Below the pieces are notes generated by a model, which was not told where the DNA came from, searched no databases, and saw only the letters and a program-made list of their open reading frames with translations. 64,000 nucleotides of DNA from the human T2T-CHM13v2.0 reference genome, Homo sapiens. Made by a program: the position numbers and the translations under genes. Every line of letters starts with the position of its first letter. The first letter of the stretch is position 1. Shown in pieces: positions 41,782-59,461 of the stretch. The stretch lies in assembly GCF_009914755.1 (NCBI RefSeq), contig NC_060943.1; one strand, 5' to 3'.

Positions 41782-43340
41782 CTGGGGGGCAGAGGGGACA
41801 GGGAGAAGGTGTGAAGGAGGGGCTCGCGCGGCCCAGTGAGCCTTTTGGGGTCGGGGCCAGCCTGAAGCCTCTCCCTGTGCTCAACAGCCCCCCATCCCCC
41901 ACCCCACCAAAAGAGGGCCCCGGCTCCAAGGCCTGGAGAATGGAGGGAAGAGGGAGGGAAAAGTAGGGGGAGGAGGGTGGGGTGGGATGGGAGGAGCGGG
42001 GTCTGCCGCCCAGGTGCCCGGGGGGCCAGGGAGGGTTCGAGGGGAGGGACCGCGGGTTCTCACGGGTGCCTGAGGTCCGGGCACCGGGAGACCCCGTGGG
42101 GGACAGCCTGGGCCGATCATGTGGGCGAGTTTGGGCTAGCATAGAGTTGGAACAGGACTCAGGATGCAGCCCTGGTCTACACTGGCGGGACCCCTTGCGT
42201 GGCAGGGCGGGAGGTGGTCGGGCGGGCCAGGCCCCGGTGAGTGACAGCGGTGGGGAGGCTCCTTGGGGTGACTGGGGCGGGCAGGGTGGGGGTGGGGGTC
42301 AGACCTGCAGCTGTTGCTCCCTGAGGCTGAGCATCTCCGCCAGATTCAGTCGCTGGTCGTAGTTCGGGTACTGGTCCTTCTGAAAGTAAAATTCTAGCAC
42401 TTTCTGCTGGCTTTCAGTGTAGACCGTGCGCTCCTGCCGCTGTCTCCTTGGAGGGTCCAGGGCCAGGGGAGGGCCTGGGGGTGGGAGGGAAACAGGTCAC
42501 AGAAACCCCCAGGCAGCCCCCAGCCCCCCTAGGGACCCCGTCCCCTGCACCAGGCCAGGAGCCCAGGCAGTGTGGGCTGGGGCGGCACCGCGGATAGCAG
42601 CCTGGTATCCAGACCAGACCTTGCACCTCTCTGGGCCTCAGGGTCCACATCTAGGAAATAGGCGCGATAACAGCTCCTGGGAAGGCAGGCAGCGTAGGCG
42701 CCTCACCTCGGAGCAGACGGGGCTGCCTCAGGCCTGCTCAACCCTCCCCAGCTGCCCCGTCCCCTCCCATCCAAGGGTTATAGGGACCCTGACACTTGCA
42801 GGGGAGCCGCCACCTGCCCAGTCCTCTGCTCCACTCAACTGCATGGTTTAATTTCTTTCCTTCTTTCTTTTTCTTGGAGGGGATCTCGCTCTGTCACCCA
42901 GGCTGGAGTGCAGTGATGTGATCACGGCTCAAGTCAGCCTCCACTTCCTGGGCTCAAGGAACCCCCCGCCTTAGTCTCCCGAGTAGCTGGGACCACAGGT
43001 GTGCACCACGACCCCTGGGTAATTTTTGTATTTTTGCTAAAGACGGGTCTCCACTATGTTGGCTCGGCTGGTTTCAGAGTCCCGGGCTCAAGTGATCCTC
43101 CCACCTTGGCTTCCCAAAGAGCTGGGATCACAGGCGTGAGACGCTACACCCAGCTGCATGATTTTTCATTTCCCAGACACCACTAAGTTCTCCCCCGTCT
43201 GCAGGACAGGAAGCCGCCCGCACAGGCCCAGCCCTTCTCTGGCTGCCCAGATTTGCACTCTGCAGCCTCAGCCACAGGATCAGCCCAGACCCCTCACACC
43301 TCTGTCCCCGCTCACCTTGGAGATGACCAGGGTCTTGCAT
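40588..43340 (-). CDS. TPRX1: Tetrapeptide repeat homeobox 1, spliced CDS: 43340-43316, 42474-42305, 41781-40588 (1389 nt, 462 aa + stop)
   Basis: MQDPGHLQ-G|[56 protein letters not shown]|VWFKNRRAK... This is a PRD-class homeodomain with K50 and the diagnostic intron between residues 46 and 47, followed by (P-I/N-P/S-G)n. All junctions are GT-AG and in phase. Confidence 0.94.
40845..41545 (-). repeat. Coding 6/12-bp tandem repeat of TPRX1 (GGGCCTGGGATC-type units on +)
   Basis: Directly visible tandem array. Confidence 0.95.
42305..42474 (-). CDS. TPRX1: TPRX1 exon 2 (homeodomain helices 1-2)
   Basis: Acceptor ccccag; 170 nt open; donor gtctga. Confidence 0.93.
43316..43340 (-). CDS. TPRX1: TPRX1 coding exon 1 (MQDPGHLQ-G)
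   Basis: ATG in aggATGc context; donor gtgag at 43315; the phase-1 join restores the reading frame with exon 2. Confidence 0.85.
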
Positions 43341-43520
43341 CCTGAGTCCTGATCTGTTCCCAAACACAAGTGTGTACTGACAAGGGCTTGGCTCTTAAAT
43401 CACTTCTCTGCTGTGCCCACCCTGGCCCACCCTGCCGGGACCCTCCCTTTCCCACCCTGCCCTGCAGTCCCGCCCCCTGGAGGAGTTGAATGATGGATTA
43501 ATCCTTCATCACTGATCAGG
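43341..43520 (-). promoter_or_regulatory. TPRX1 proximal promoter
   Basis: TATA-like ATTTAAGA at ~43394-43401; three CAGGGTGGG (KLF/CACCC) boxes; GC box at ~43469-43477; palindromic GGATTAATCC at 43495-43504. Confidence 0.6.
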
Positions 43521-44629
43521 TACTGCCTGCTGAGCTGTGCTAGGAGCTGGAGAACCTCAGTGGACAACACAGCCTTGGTTTCACCCTCATGGGCCCTAGC
43601 CCAGGTGAGGTGGCATTCCATGCGGGTTTGGTTGGGGGAGTCAACATCGTGACCTGTGGTTGGGGTCCCCATCTCAGGAGAGGCACTGCCAGCCAGCCCC
43701 CAGGAGTCATCCTTGTTCCTTCCCAGGGCTGGGGCCCCGAGTGACCAATGCCGGTGAGTCTACCCACTCCTCCTGGCTCCTGGGCTGCCTGCCTTGTCCA
43801 GCCACTATCCCTCCTTCCTGGATGACCTTGCAACCTCCTCTTTGGTACCTCAAGGCCACTCTGGCCCCTACTATCCATTCCAAAAATTGCTCCCTAGGTG
43901 CCTATAGGTGTAAGCAGAGCTTAGTACACATTGGCCCTGCTGATAATGGTTTGGTTTCTGTAGTGGATTTGCCTATGGGGTGAAGTTCTGATAGGCATTC
44001 ACATAGACCTCTGTTGGTTTCTCCTGGAGAGTAAATGACCTCAGTGCTGGTTTATTCCAGTTTATATACGGGGCTCGTGTGCTGGGTTCACATGAGCCCA
44101 GCCTCTCCAAGCTGCATAGACCTGTATCAGGAGGGGGCACAGGTCTGATGGACGTGCCCATGGACCGCTGCTGGTCTGCCCTTGTGAGTGAATGAACCTA
44201 CTGCTGATGATACAGGGGACCCATGACCTTGGTCTACAGAGATCGGATCCCTCAGAGATGCGTCTTCTCTGTCAGACACCTGGCTGTCCTCATTTCCCCA
44301 TGGCAGGACCCACGTGGGTTCAGGGATTAGAGAGATTGACAAGGCTCATGGTGCAGGGAACTAGAAATGACTCATGCAATCAATTTCAAAATTCAATAAA
44401 ACGTAGACATTGTTACCACGGGCCTCGCTCATTGTTTTCACCTGCTACTTAGAGTTCTGCTGTAGAAAGCAGCATCCCCAGCAATGATTCCTCATCGCAC
44501 ACATTGTCCGGCTTCATCTACAGGACATGCTGGGAACACAGTAGTGACCACAGAGATTTTGCACCATGGCTATTTATTTGGTCAATAAAGACATAAACAG
44601 ATGAACAAGCTCACTGGTACTATTTTGTG

Positions 44630-45943
<1,314 letters not shown>

Positions 45944-46857
45944 TGATCCACCCATCTCGGCCTCCCAAAGTGCTGGGATTACAGGTGTGAAACACCGCGC
46001 CCGGCCAAAACCATTTCATTTTGTACTTTATGATTATTCTTTTCTTTTTGTTTTGCCGTGTTGCCCAGTCTCGTCTCGAACTCCTGAGTTTAAACAACCA
46101 GCCCACCTTGCCTCCCAAAGTACTGATATTACAGGCGTGAACCAGCGTGCCCGGCCTGAATTGTATACTTTATTTAATTAAATTTATTTATGTATTTGTT
46201 TTGAGACAGAGTCTCTGTTGCCCAGGCTGCAGTGCAGTGGATTGATCTCAGCTCTGCCTCCTGGGTTCAAGTGATTCTCATGCCTCAGCCTCCTGAGTAG
46301 CTGGGATTACAGGTGTGTGTTACCACACCCAGTAAAAAATTTTTTCTATTTTTAGTAGAGATGGGGTTTCACCATGTTAGCCAGGCTAGTCTCGAACTCC
46401 TGGCCTCAAGTAATTCGCTCTCCTTAGCTTCTCAAAGTGCTGGGATTACAGGCATGAACCATGGCACCCAGCCCTGAATTATATACTTTAAGTGGGTACT
46501 TTTATATTACGTGGATGACATATCAATAAAAAATATAAATTAATGCAAAACTCAGCATATTGCCCTGTGGATTGGCCAAGATCAAAGAGATGGATCAAGT
46601 GTAGACCCAGAGAATGTGGTTTTCTCTTGCCATTGATGAAGTGTAGGTTGGTAAAATATTTTTGGAGGTTTTTTTCTGAAATTGACTCTGTGACATCTAT
46701 TAAAGGATGAAATGTGTATAGTACCCTTTGACTCAATGATTTTTTTTGAGACAGGGTCTTGCTCTGTTGCCCAGATTGGAGTGCAGTGGAGTCAATCGAA
46801 ACTCACTGCAACCTCGAACTCTGGGGTTTAAGCGATCCTGCAACCTCAGCCTCCTGA

Positions 46858-47243
<386 letters not shown>

Positions 47244-47401
47244 TGAGACGGAGTCTCGATCTGTCACCCAGACTAAAGTGCAGTGGCTCTGCACTTTAAT
47301 GCAGATATCGGCTCACTGCAACCTCTGCCTCCTGGGTTCAAGTGATTCTCCTGCCTTCCGAGTAGCTGGGACTACAGGCGCCTGCCACCACATCTGGCTA
47401 A

Positions 47402-47635
<234 letters not shown>

Positions 47636-48553
47636 TAACATTTCTTTGAAATATCAACTGAGTTAATTGGATTAATTCACGCCCACAAATTAGAAGATGA
47701 TTAATTTGTGGCAGCCTCAGACTATGGAATGCTAATGAAAGTTTAAGAAAGGGATGAAGTGGTAACCAATTAGTAAGAAATGATGATCTTTAATGTATTT
47801 GTTGTTTTGTTTGCCTGGTGGATGTCTGCTTGCTGTTTGCTGAAATAAATGTGTCTTGAACACAGAGACTTTGTTGGGCTTTTTTTTCCCTCCCAAATCC
47901 CCATGTCTGTAATAGGAAAAGCTCAAAGGTGCTGAGTAATAATGTACTAAATGATTGAGTTTGTGTTTTCCATATCAAATGCTGTCTCAGGCACATTGTT
48001 TATTTTGAAGAATGTACACATTTAATAAGCACATACAAAAAATATATATTATACATATACATATTCTTTTTTCTTTTCTTTTTCTTTCCTTTTTTTTTGG
48101 AGACAGGGTCTCTCTCTATCACCCAGGCTGCGTTGCACTGTCATGATCTCGGCTCACTGCAACCTCTCCCTCCTTGGCTCAAGCCATTCTCCCACCTCAG
48201 CCTCCCAAGTAGCTGAGAGGACAGGCGCATGTGCCACCACATCTGGCTAATTTTTGTATTTTTTGTAGAGACGGGGTTTTGCCATGTTACCCAGGCTGAC
48301 CTCTAACTCCTGACCTCAAGTGATCCATCCATGTTGGCCTCCCAAAGTGCTGAGATTACGGGTGTGAGCACAATATATTTGAATGAACAATAAATAACAA
48401 CAAAGATAAAAACTCCTGCAAAAGTAATTACCCAGAGATGACGCGGAATGTCTATTTTCTCTATTTCCTGCTGTTTATAATTATTATTTTTTAATGGACA
48501 ACCTGGAAAACAAGAAGCATTTCTGGCCTTGAATGCCACCCTAGGACTCGTCA

Positions 48554-49368
<815 letters not shown>

Positions 49369-49709
49369 TGAACTCCTGACCCTGTGGTCTGCCCGCCTCA
49401 GCCTCCCAAAGTGCTGGGATTACAGGCGCGTCCAGCCTTCCATCAATTCTTCAATCTCCTCTTTTACCCTATGCCTGTGGGCTCTGATGGGGTTGACCTC
49501 TTGGTGGGGTTGACTCATCTTTGCTCCTGCCCCCAAGAGGCCCACAGACATCTCCCCATCCTCTGCATTGTGAGGGTATCTCTTGGTGCAGGGGGAGGGG
49601 GTTCAGGAGGGGCACATGGGCAACAAGGAGTTGTCTGGGCTTTGAAGACAATATTGGGGCAGATCAGAGTGGGGGTGACAAAGGCATGAGGTTGGCCTTT
49701 GCTTTCTAG

Positions 49710-50121
<412 letters not shown>

Positions 50122-50531
50122 TGAATGAATCAACAACATATATTCAATAAGGTGTCTTTAAACCGAAACACACATGAACCAGGGTGAGGTATTGATCGAT
50201 TGATGACAATAGTGTGAGCAGAGCCTTGTGGGACCCCAAATCTGTATTTCCCCTGGGAGCAGGGGTTCCTTATTGGCTGAGACCATGTTCATGGCAACTT
50301 TTTTTTTTTTTTTTTTTTTGAGACAGCGTCTCACTCTGTTGCCCCGGCTAGAGTACAGTGGCGCCATCTCGGCTCACTGCAACCTCCGCCTCCCGGATTC
50401 AAGCGATTCTCCTGCCTCAGCCTCCTGAGTAGCTGGGACTACAGTCACGCGCCACCACGCCCAGCTAATTTTTGTATTTATAGTAGAGATGGGGTTTCAC
50501 CATATTGGCCAGGCTGGTCTCGAACTTCTGA

Positions 50532-51014
<483 letters not shown>

Positions 51015-51110
51015 TGATCTAGGCACCTCCAGAGAGTTAACGGGTGCAGTCCTTGTTCTCAGGGAACTCGTTGTCCAAGTGGGGGAAGGCAGGCGTTACT
51101 CAAAGAATCA

Positions 51111-51388
<278 letters not shown>

Positions 51389-51911
51389 TTAGTCGGGCAT
51401 GGTGGTGTGTGCCTGTAGTCCCAGCTACTTGGGAGGCTGAGGCAGGAGAATCGCTTGAACCCAGGAGGGGAGATTGCAGTGAGCCAAGATCACACTGAGA
51501 CAGAAATTAAAAGAGAGAAACAGAATAAAGCAAAGGTTAAGTGAGAAACACTGCACTTCATCCTGGGCCACAGAGTGAGACTCCATCTCAAAAAAACCCC
51601 CCAAAACCAAAAACTAAACAAAAAAAGCCTGGGCCTGGTGGCTCACGCCTGTAATCCTAGCGCTTTGGGAGGCCGAGGCGGGTGGATCACTTGAGGTCAG
51701 GAGTTCAAGACCAGTCTGGCCAACATGGTGAAACCCCGTCTGTACTAAAAATACAAAAAATTAGCCAGGTATGGTGGCACGCGCCTGTAATCCTAGCTAC
51801 TCAGGAGGTTGAAGCAGGAGAATCGCTTGAACCCAGGAGGTGGAGGTTACAGTGAGACGAGCTCACACCACTGCATTCCAGCCTGGGCGACAGAGTGAGA
51901 CTGTGTCTCAA

Positions 51912-51914
51912 AAA

Positions 51915-51962
<48 letters not shown>

Positions 51963-51970
51963 AATAAATA
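51912..51970 (+). repeat. (AAAT)n Alu-tail microsatellite
   Basis: Directly visible. Confidence 0.9.
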
Positions 51971-52314
51971 AAACAACCCCCCCCACCCCGCCAAAATTAG
52001 CCAGGCGGAGTGGCGTGCTCCTGTAGTCCCAGCTACTTGGGAGGCTGAGGTGGGAGGATCGCTGGAGTCTGGGAGGTTGAGGCTGCAATGAGCAGTGATT
52101 CCCCGACCTGCACTCCAGCCTGGGCAACAGGGTGAGACCCTGTCTCAACAAACAAACAACAAACAAAACTCCCCAAAAGCCCACGACCCCCCCAAAACAC
52201 ACAAAAAACAAAAAGCCACATGCCAAGAATTAATAAGTAACTCTGGATGAGGGAATCGGGTCCTTGTAGAGAGGGGAGTTGTTCCAGAATTGCAGGTGGA
52301 GGCACTAGGCACTC

Positions 52315-52780
52315 CGGTGACCGTGGCGGCGAGAGTCAAGCTGGGAAGACACTTTCCAGGCGCGGGGAGCAAGATCTCTCAGCCTCCAGGTGCCCTCTCT
52401 GCCCCTTGGCATCCCCCCACCCTGCCCCTCTGTCTCCCCCTTTCTCTGTTCCTCAGTTTCCCCTCCTCGTTGTCCCTTGTGGGGTCCCAGTGTGTGAGTT
52501 GCTTTGTGTCTACCCCCTTCCAGGGTCTGACAAGCAGAAGGAGTTTTCATTATATCCTGGAAGTCTGTCCCCCAACCCCCAAATCGGATCTAATTCTGCT
52601 CTGCTGAGGCTGGCCTGGCCTGGCCTAAGAGGATTGGAACATTTGCTAAATGGGACTAGGACAGGGTGAGAGAGGCGTCGCTGGGGAGACCCAGGTGCCA
52701 GGACGGCCACCAGGGGGCGGCAGAGGACGAGGGAGACCAGAAGACAGAGGGGACAGAGAAGGGCGTGGTGGGGGCGGGGT
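52315..52780 (+). repeat. Local paralogous module, copy C, with CTCF motif at 52704-52722
   Basis: As for copies A and B. Translated frames also match (GLRGLEHLL-GTRTG; FSLYPGSLSP). Confidence 0.85.
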
Positions 52781-53604
52781 GGGGGTGGGGTGGGGAGAGG
52801 CAGGGAGTGGATACCGGCATATTCCCTGGCTGTTTAGGGAACCACATTTAAGGGGTTAGAAGGGTGCCAACATTGCTGATTTTTTTTTTTTTTTTGAGAC
52901 AGAGTCCTGCTCTGTCAGCCAGGCTGGAGTGCAGTGGTGTGATCTCGGCTGACTGAAACCTCTGCCTCCTGGGTTCAAAGGATTCTCCTGTCTCAGCCTC
53001 CCAATAGCTGGGAATACAGGCACCCACCACTACGCAGAGCATATTTTCGTATTTCAGTAGAGGCGGGGTTTCACCGTGTTGGCCAGGCTGGTCTCGAACT
53101 CCTGAACTTAAGTGATCTGTTCACCTCGACCTCCCAAAGTGTTGGGATTACAGGTGTGAGCCACAGTGCCCAGTCAACATTGTTGATTTTTAAGGTTTAT
53201 TATGGCTGTGGCTCACGCCTGTAATCCCAGCACTTTGGGAAGCTAAAGCAGGAGGATCATTTGAGCCCAGGAGCTTGAGACCAGCCTAGGCAACATAGCG
53301 AGACCCTGTCTTAAAAAATAAGAATAAAGTTTATCATTAACCTCTACCCTGACTTTCTACTCACTCTCCCCTCTCTGTTCCTTTAGGGATAATGGGGGCC
53401 TGGAGAGTGGGAAGGGGAGTGCAAGCATGGGGGTCTGGAGGTGTCTGATCAACGCCCTCAGAGATGACCTGAGGTTTCCTGAGCTGGGAATGTTTTGGAA
53501 GGGTCTGAACTGCAAGGAATCTTTGCAGAGTCCTGGGGTCTACCTCTGATGTGAAGCATCTTGCATTTTGGAGCTGTCCAAGTAAAACATGAAAAAGAAT
53601 TTGA

Positions 53605-53913
<309 letters not shown>

Positions 53914-53928
53914 TAGCTCAATAAATAG

Positions 53929-53934
<6 letters not shown>

Positions 53935-53978
<44 letters not shown>

Positions 53979-53996
53979 AATATATATATATATATA
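53935..53996 (+). repeat. (TA)n microsatellite
   Basis: Directly visible. Confidence 0.95.
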
Positions 53997-54009
53997 TTTT
54001 TTTTTTTGA

Positions 54010-54266
<257 letters not shown>

Positions 54267-54331
54267 TGAGCCACCGCACCTGGCTCAAAGAATACTTTAA
54301 GTAAAATTCAAAATCTTCAAAAGTGTTTTTA

Positions 54332-54475
<144 letters not shown>

Positions 54476-55068
54476 CTACAAAAAAAAAAAAAAAAAAAAA
54501 AGCAGGTGTGGTGGTGTGCACCTGTAGTTCCAGCTACTCAGGAGGCTGAGACGAGAGGATCATTTGAGCCCAGGAGGTTGAGGCTTCAGTCAGCCGAGAT
54601 CACGTCACTGCACTTCAGCCTGGGCAACAGAGCAAGACCCTGTCTCAAAAAAAAAATGTAAAAGAAATAATTTCCAATACAGTAAGTAGCAATAGATATA
54701 TAGTCAATATCAACAAAAGCTCTTTGAGCCTTCGGTTACTTTAAATTTCAAGAGCTGGAGAGGACCCTGGAGTGTTTCTTTGGGACTTGGGACAAGTCTT
54801 ATTTAGACTCTGGGTCATGTGTAGCGGGGTAGTTGAGGGCACGGTTTTGAGAGGCAAACACGGCTGACCCAAATATTGTTTTTCTGTTTATTTATTTATA
54901 TTTATATATATATTTTTGAGACAGGATCTTGCTCTGTTGCCCAGGCTGGCATGCAGTGGTGTGGTGAGTCTCGGCTCACTGCATCCTCTGCCTCCCGGGT
55001 TCAAGCGATTCTCATGCCTCAGCCTCCTGAGTAGCTGGGATTATAGGCGCACACCACCATACGGCTAA

Positions 55069-55209
<141 letters not shown>

Positions 55210-55321
55210 TAATTTTTTAAAATTATATTTTTTTGGCCTCCTTCCCCTCCTAATATATTTTATTTTGTAGAGATAGGGTCTCACTATGTTGCCCAGGCTG
55301 GCCTCAGTCTCTAATCCATAG

Positions 55322-55603
<282 letters not shown>

Positions 55604-55796
55604 TGATCTGCCCGCCTTGGCCTCCCAAAGTGCTGGGATTACAGGCGTGAGCCACCACGCCCAGCCCACTGTGAGCTTTTCTTTTGCATTTCCCTGATGA
55701 TCAATGAATGTGAGCCCAGTTTTATACACTGGTGGATTATTTGCTATTCTCACTTTTGAAATGCCTGTATAAGTCTTCTGCAACCTGGTTGAATAT

Positions 55797-57510
55797 CAGG
55801 CATTGATGTTTTATGATCTCAAATGGTGGAACAAGGGAGATCAGTGTCCTTGCCCTGGGGATCAGCCTGGGAGGCCCAAGGCTAGTTCTCAGAGCTGTGG
55901 AGTTCGGCACCCACTGGGTCCCAGGTTCCCACCTGAGCAGTTGTTCTCACAGGTAAGGCCTGAATGCTCACAGCCACCTTGTGGTGCAGACACACAGATA
56001 ACTCCATTCTACAGGCAGGGAGACTGAGCCTGGGAAGGAGGGAGGTGCCCACAGGTCCCAGCTTCTCACACACTGCATGAACCACAGACCTTGGGAACAA
56101 GATCTCAGGGAACAATAACTCCATGGAAACTTCCTCCCAGGCGGCTTCTGGTATCATCCCCACTTTACAGAGGAGGAAACTGAGGCTGAGAGAAGTGTAG
56201 TCTCCAGTTCTGTCTCCCACGTCAGCGGCAGAGCCAGAGCTGGGCCAGCACCTGCCCCGGAGCCTGTGCCCTCCTGATCACCAGGTGATATGGCCTCTTA
56301 GGATGCTCGCCACAGCCCCACGGAGCTCAGAGGTCCCTTTCTCAGAGGAGGAAACTGAGGCTGAGAGAGGTTTCGTCAATTCCCGAGGTCACACAGGTGA
56401 TGAGTGGAAGAACCAGGGGTAGAATTTAAATCTCTTTGGCCCCCGAGCCCCGCTCTTCACCCCCGAGTCTGCCTGGGATTCCTAGAAGATGGATGAGGTC
56501 AGCTTCCTCCCCTGCTCCCATGGGATTCCCAGGGCTCATTGTGACAGCTTGTCACTGTATCCACTTTGCAGAGGAGGAAACTGAGGCCCAGGAGCCCATA
56601 TGAAGGGCCCAAGGCCACGCAGTGAGAAAACAACAGGATTTAAACCCAAACTCATGTGGCTCCATGCCAGCTCTTGGCAAGACCCTCCCGACTCAGCCAT
56701 GTTCAGGGCCCTCCCTTGTTGGCCCTGCCAGCCTCTCTCTGCCGCATCCGTAGGCTCCTCTGTCCAGTGAGGACAAGGAGCTGAGTGGATGCACCCACTA
56801 CCAGGCATGGGACCTGGTAGAAGCAGGGATTCATGGCACAGTTAGAGCCTGAATGAATTAACTCAGGAACAATATGATCCCTGAAGCATCCAGAGATTCA
56901 AACACTAGTGGGCAGCCCCACAGTCTGACCTCACAGTGCTGCAATCACAGACCCTTGGTCCTTTTGGGAAAACATCACACCACTTCTCTGTGCCAGTGTC
57001 TCTACCTGGTTCTGCCCCACCATCCATCCATCCATCCATCCATCACCCATCCATCCATCCATCCATCCACCCATCCATCACCCATCCATCCATCCATCCA
57101 TCCATCCATCCATCACCCATCCATCCATCCATCCACCCATCCATCACCCATCCATCCATCCATCCATCCATCCATCATCCATCCATCCATCCATCCATCC
57201 ATCATCCATCACCCATCCATCCCTCCATCCATCCATCCATCCATCCATCCATCCCTCCGTCCATCCATCCATCCATTTCTTTCACATTTATTGAACACAC
57301 ACTTACTGCTGTGTGTCTGGGACAGTCCTAGGTACTGGGAATACAGCTGAGAACAAGACAGACAGGGCCCCATCCTCCTGACAAGGGCAGACAAGAAACA
57401 AGATGTCAGTAAGAGTTTTGCAAAAGATTAAATAGGATGAATGTGTTAGGGAGCTAAGGGGGTGCAGGTATGAGGAGCACCCCCATCCTGCAGTAGAGCC
57501 TGGAGTGAAA
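55797..57510 (+). repeat. Left arm of the inverted duplication flanking the CRX promoter
   Basis: Reverse-complement match to 61535-63707; compare ORF 55882..56220(-) with 63249..63431(+), and 55803..56027(+) with 63477..63782(-). Confidence 0.92.
57019..57276 (+). repeat. (CCAT)n simple repeat
   Basis: Directly visible. Confidence 0.95.
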
Positions 57511-57584
57511 CTCATCAACAACCTGATCCAAGGATCCTCCAGTATTCCATACATCTTCAGACTGTCCCCAGAATTTAACCCCAC

Positions 57585-57972
57585 TTTTTTTGTTTATTAT
57601 ACTTTAAGTTCTAGGGTACATGTGCACAACGTGCAGGTTTGTTACATATGGATACATGTGCCATGTTGGTTTGCTGCACCCATTAACTCATCATTTACAT
57701 TAGGTATTTCTCCTAATGCTATTCCTCCCCCTGCCCCCCACCCCACAACAGGCCCCTGTGTGTGATGTTCCCCACCCTGTGTCCAAGTGTTCTCATTGTT
57801 CAATTCTCACCTATGAGCGAGAGCATGCGGTGTTTGGTTTTCTGTCCTTGTGATAGTTTGCTCAGAATGATGGTTTCCAGCTTCATCCATGTCCCTGCAT
57901 AGGACATGAACTCATCCTTTTTTATGGCTGCATAGTATTCCATGGTGTATATGTGCCACATTTTCTTAATCC
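57585..57972 (-). mobile_element. 5'-truncated L1PA 3' end with intact target-site duplication
   Basis: Classic L1PA 3' UTR (ttattatactttaagttctagggtacatgtgcacaacgtgcagg); TSD TTAACCCCACTTTT at 57575 and 57973. Confidence 0.92.
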
Positions 57973-58479
57973 TTAACCCCACTTTTTCCAGCTGCAATCA
58001 TGTGCATTACAATAAGTCTCAAAGTCAGGTAGCGTAAGTTCTCCAACTCGTTTTATTTTTCCAAGACTGCTTTGATTATTCTAGATCATTTATATTCCAT
58101 AGCAACTTCAGAATCAGTTTGACAATCAATTTCTACAGAAAAATCCTGATGAGATTCTGATTGGGATTGCAGTAAATCTAAAGATTAGTTTGAGAAGAAT
58201 TGACCTCTTAATAACATTGAGTCTTCTAAACCATGAACATGGTATAGTTCACTATTGACTTGAGTCTCCTTTAATTTCTTCCAGCAGTGCTTTATATTGT
58301 TTCAGTAGGATAATGATCTGATAGAAGAGATGACAGGACTTATGGATGGATTGGATGTAAGTGGTGAGGAGAAAGGGGTTAGGGGCCAGGCTGAGTGCCC
58401 AGATTTCTGCCTGAGCCACTGGGTGGAGATGAGAAGGAAAGCAAGTTGCCTCAGAAGACCTAGCTCAGAGAAGAAGTGC

Positions 58480-59461
<982 letters not shown>

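Noticed and set aside
56874-57350. His/Pro/Ser/Ile-rich ORFs here and at 8264-8670
   Set aside because: Translations of (CCAT)n.
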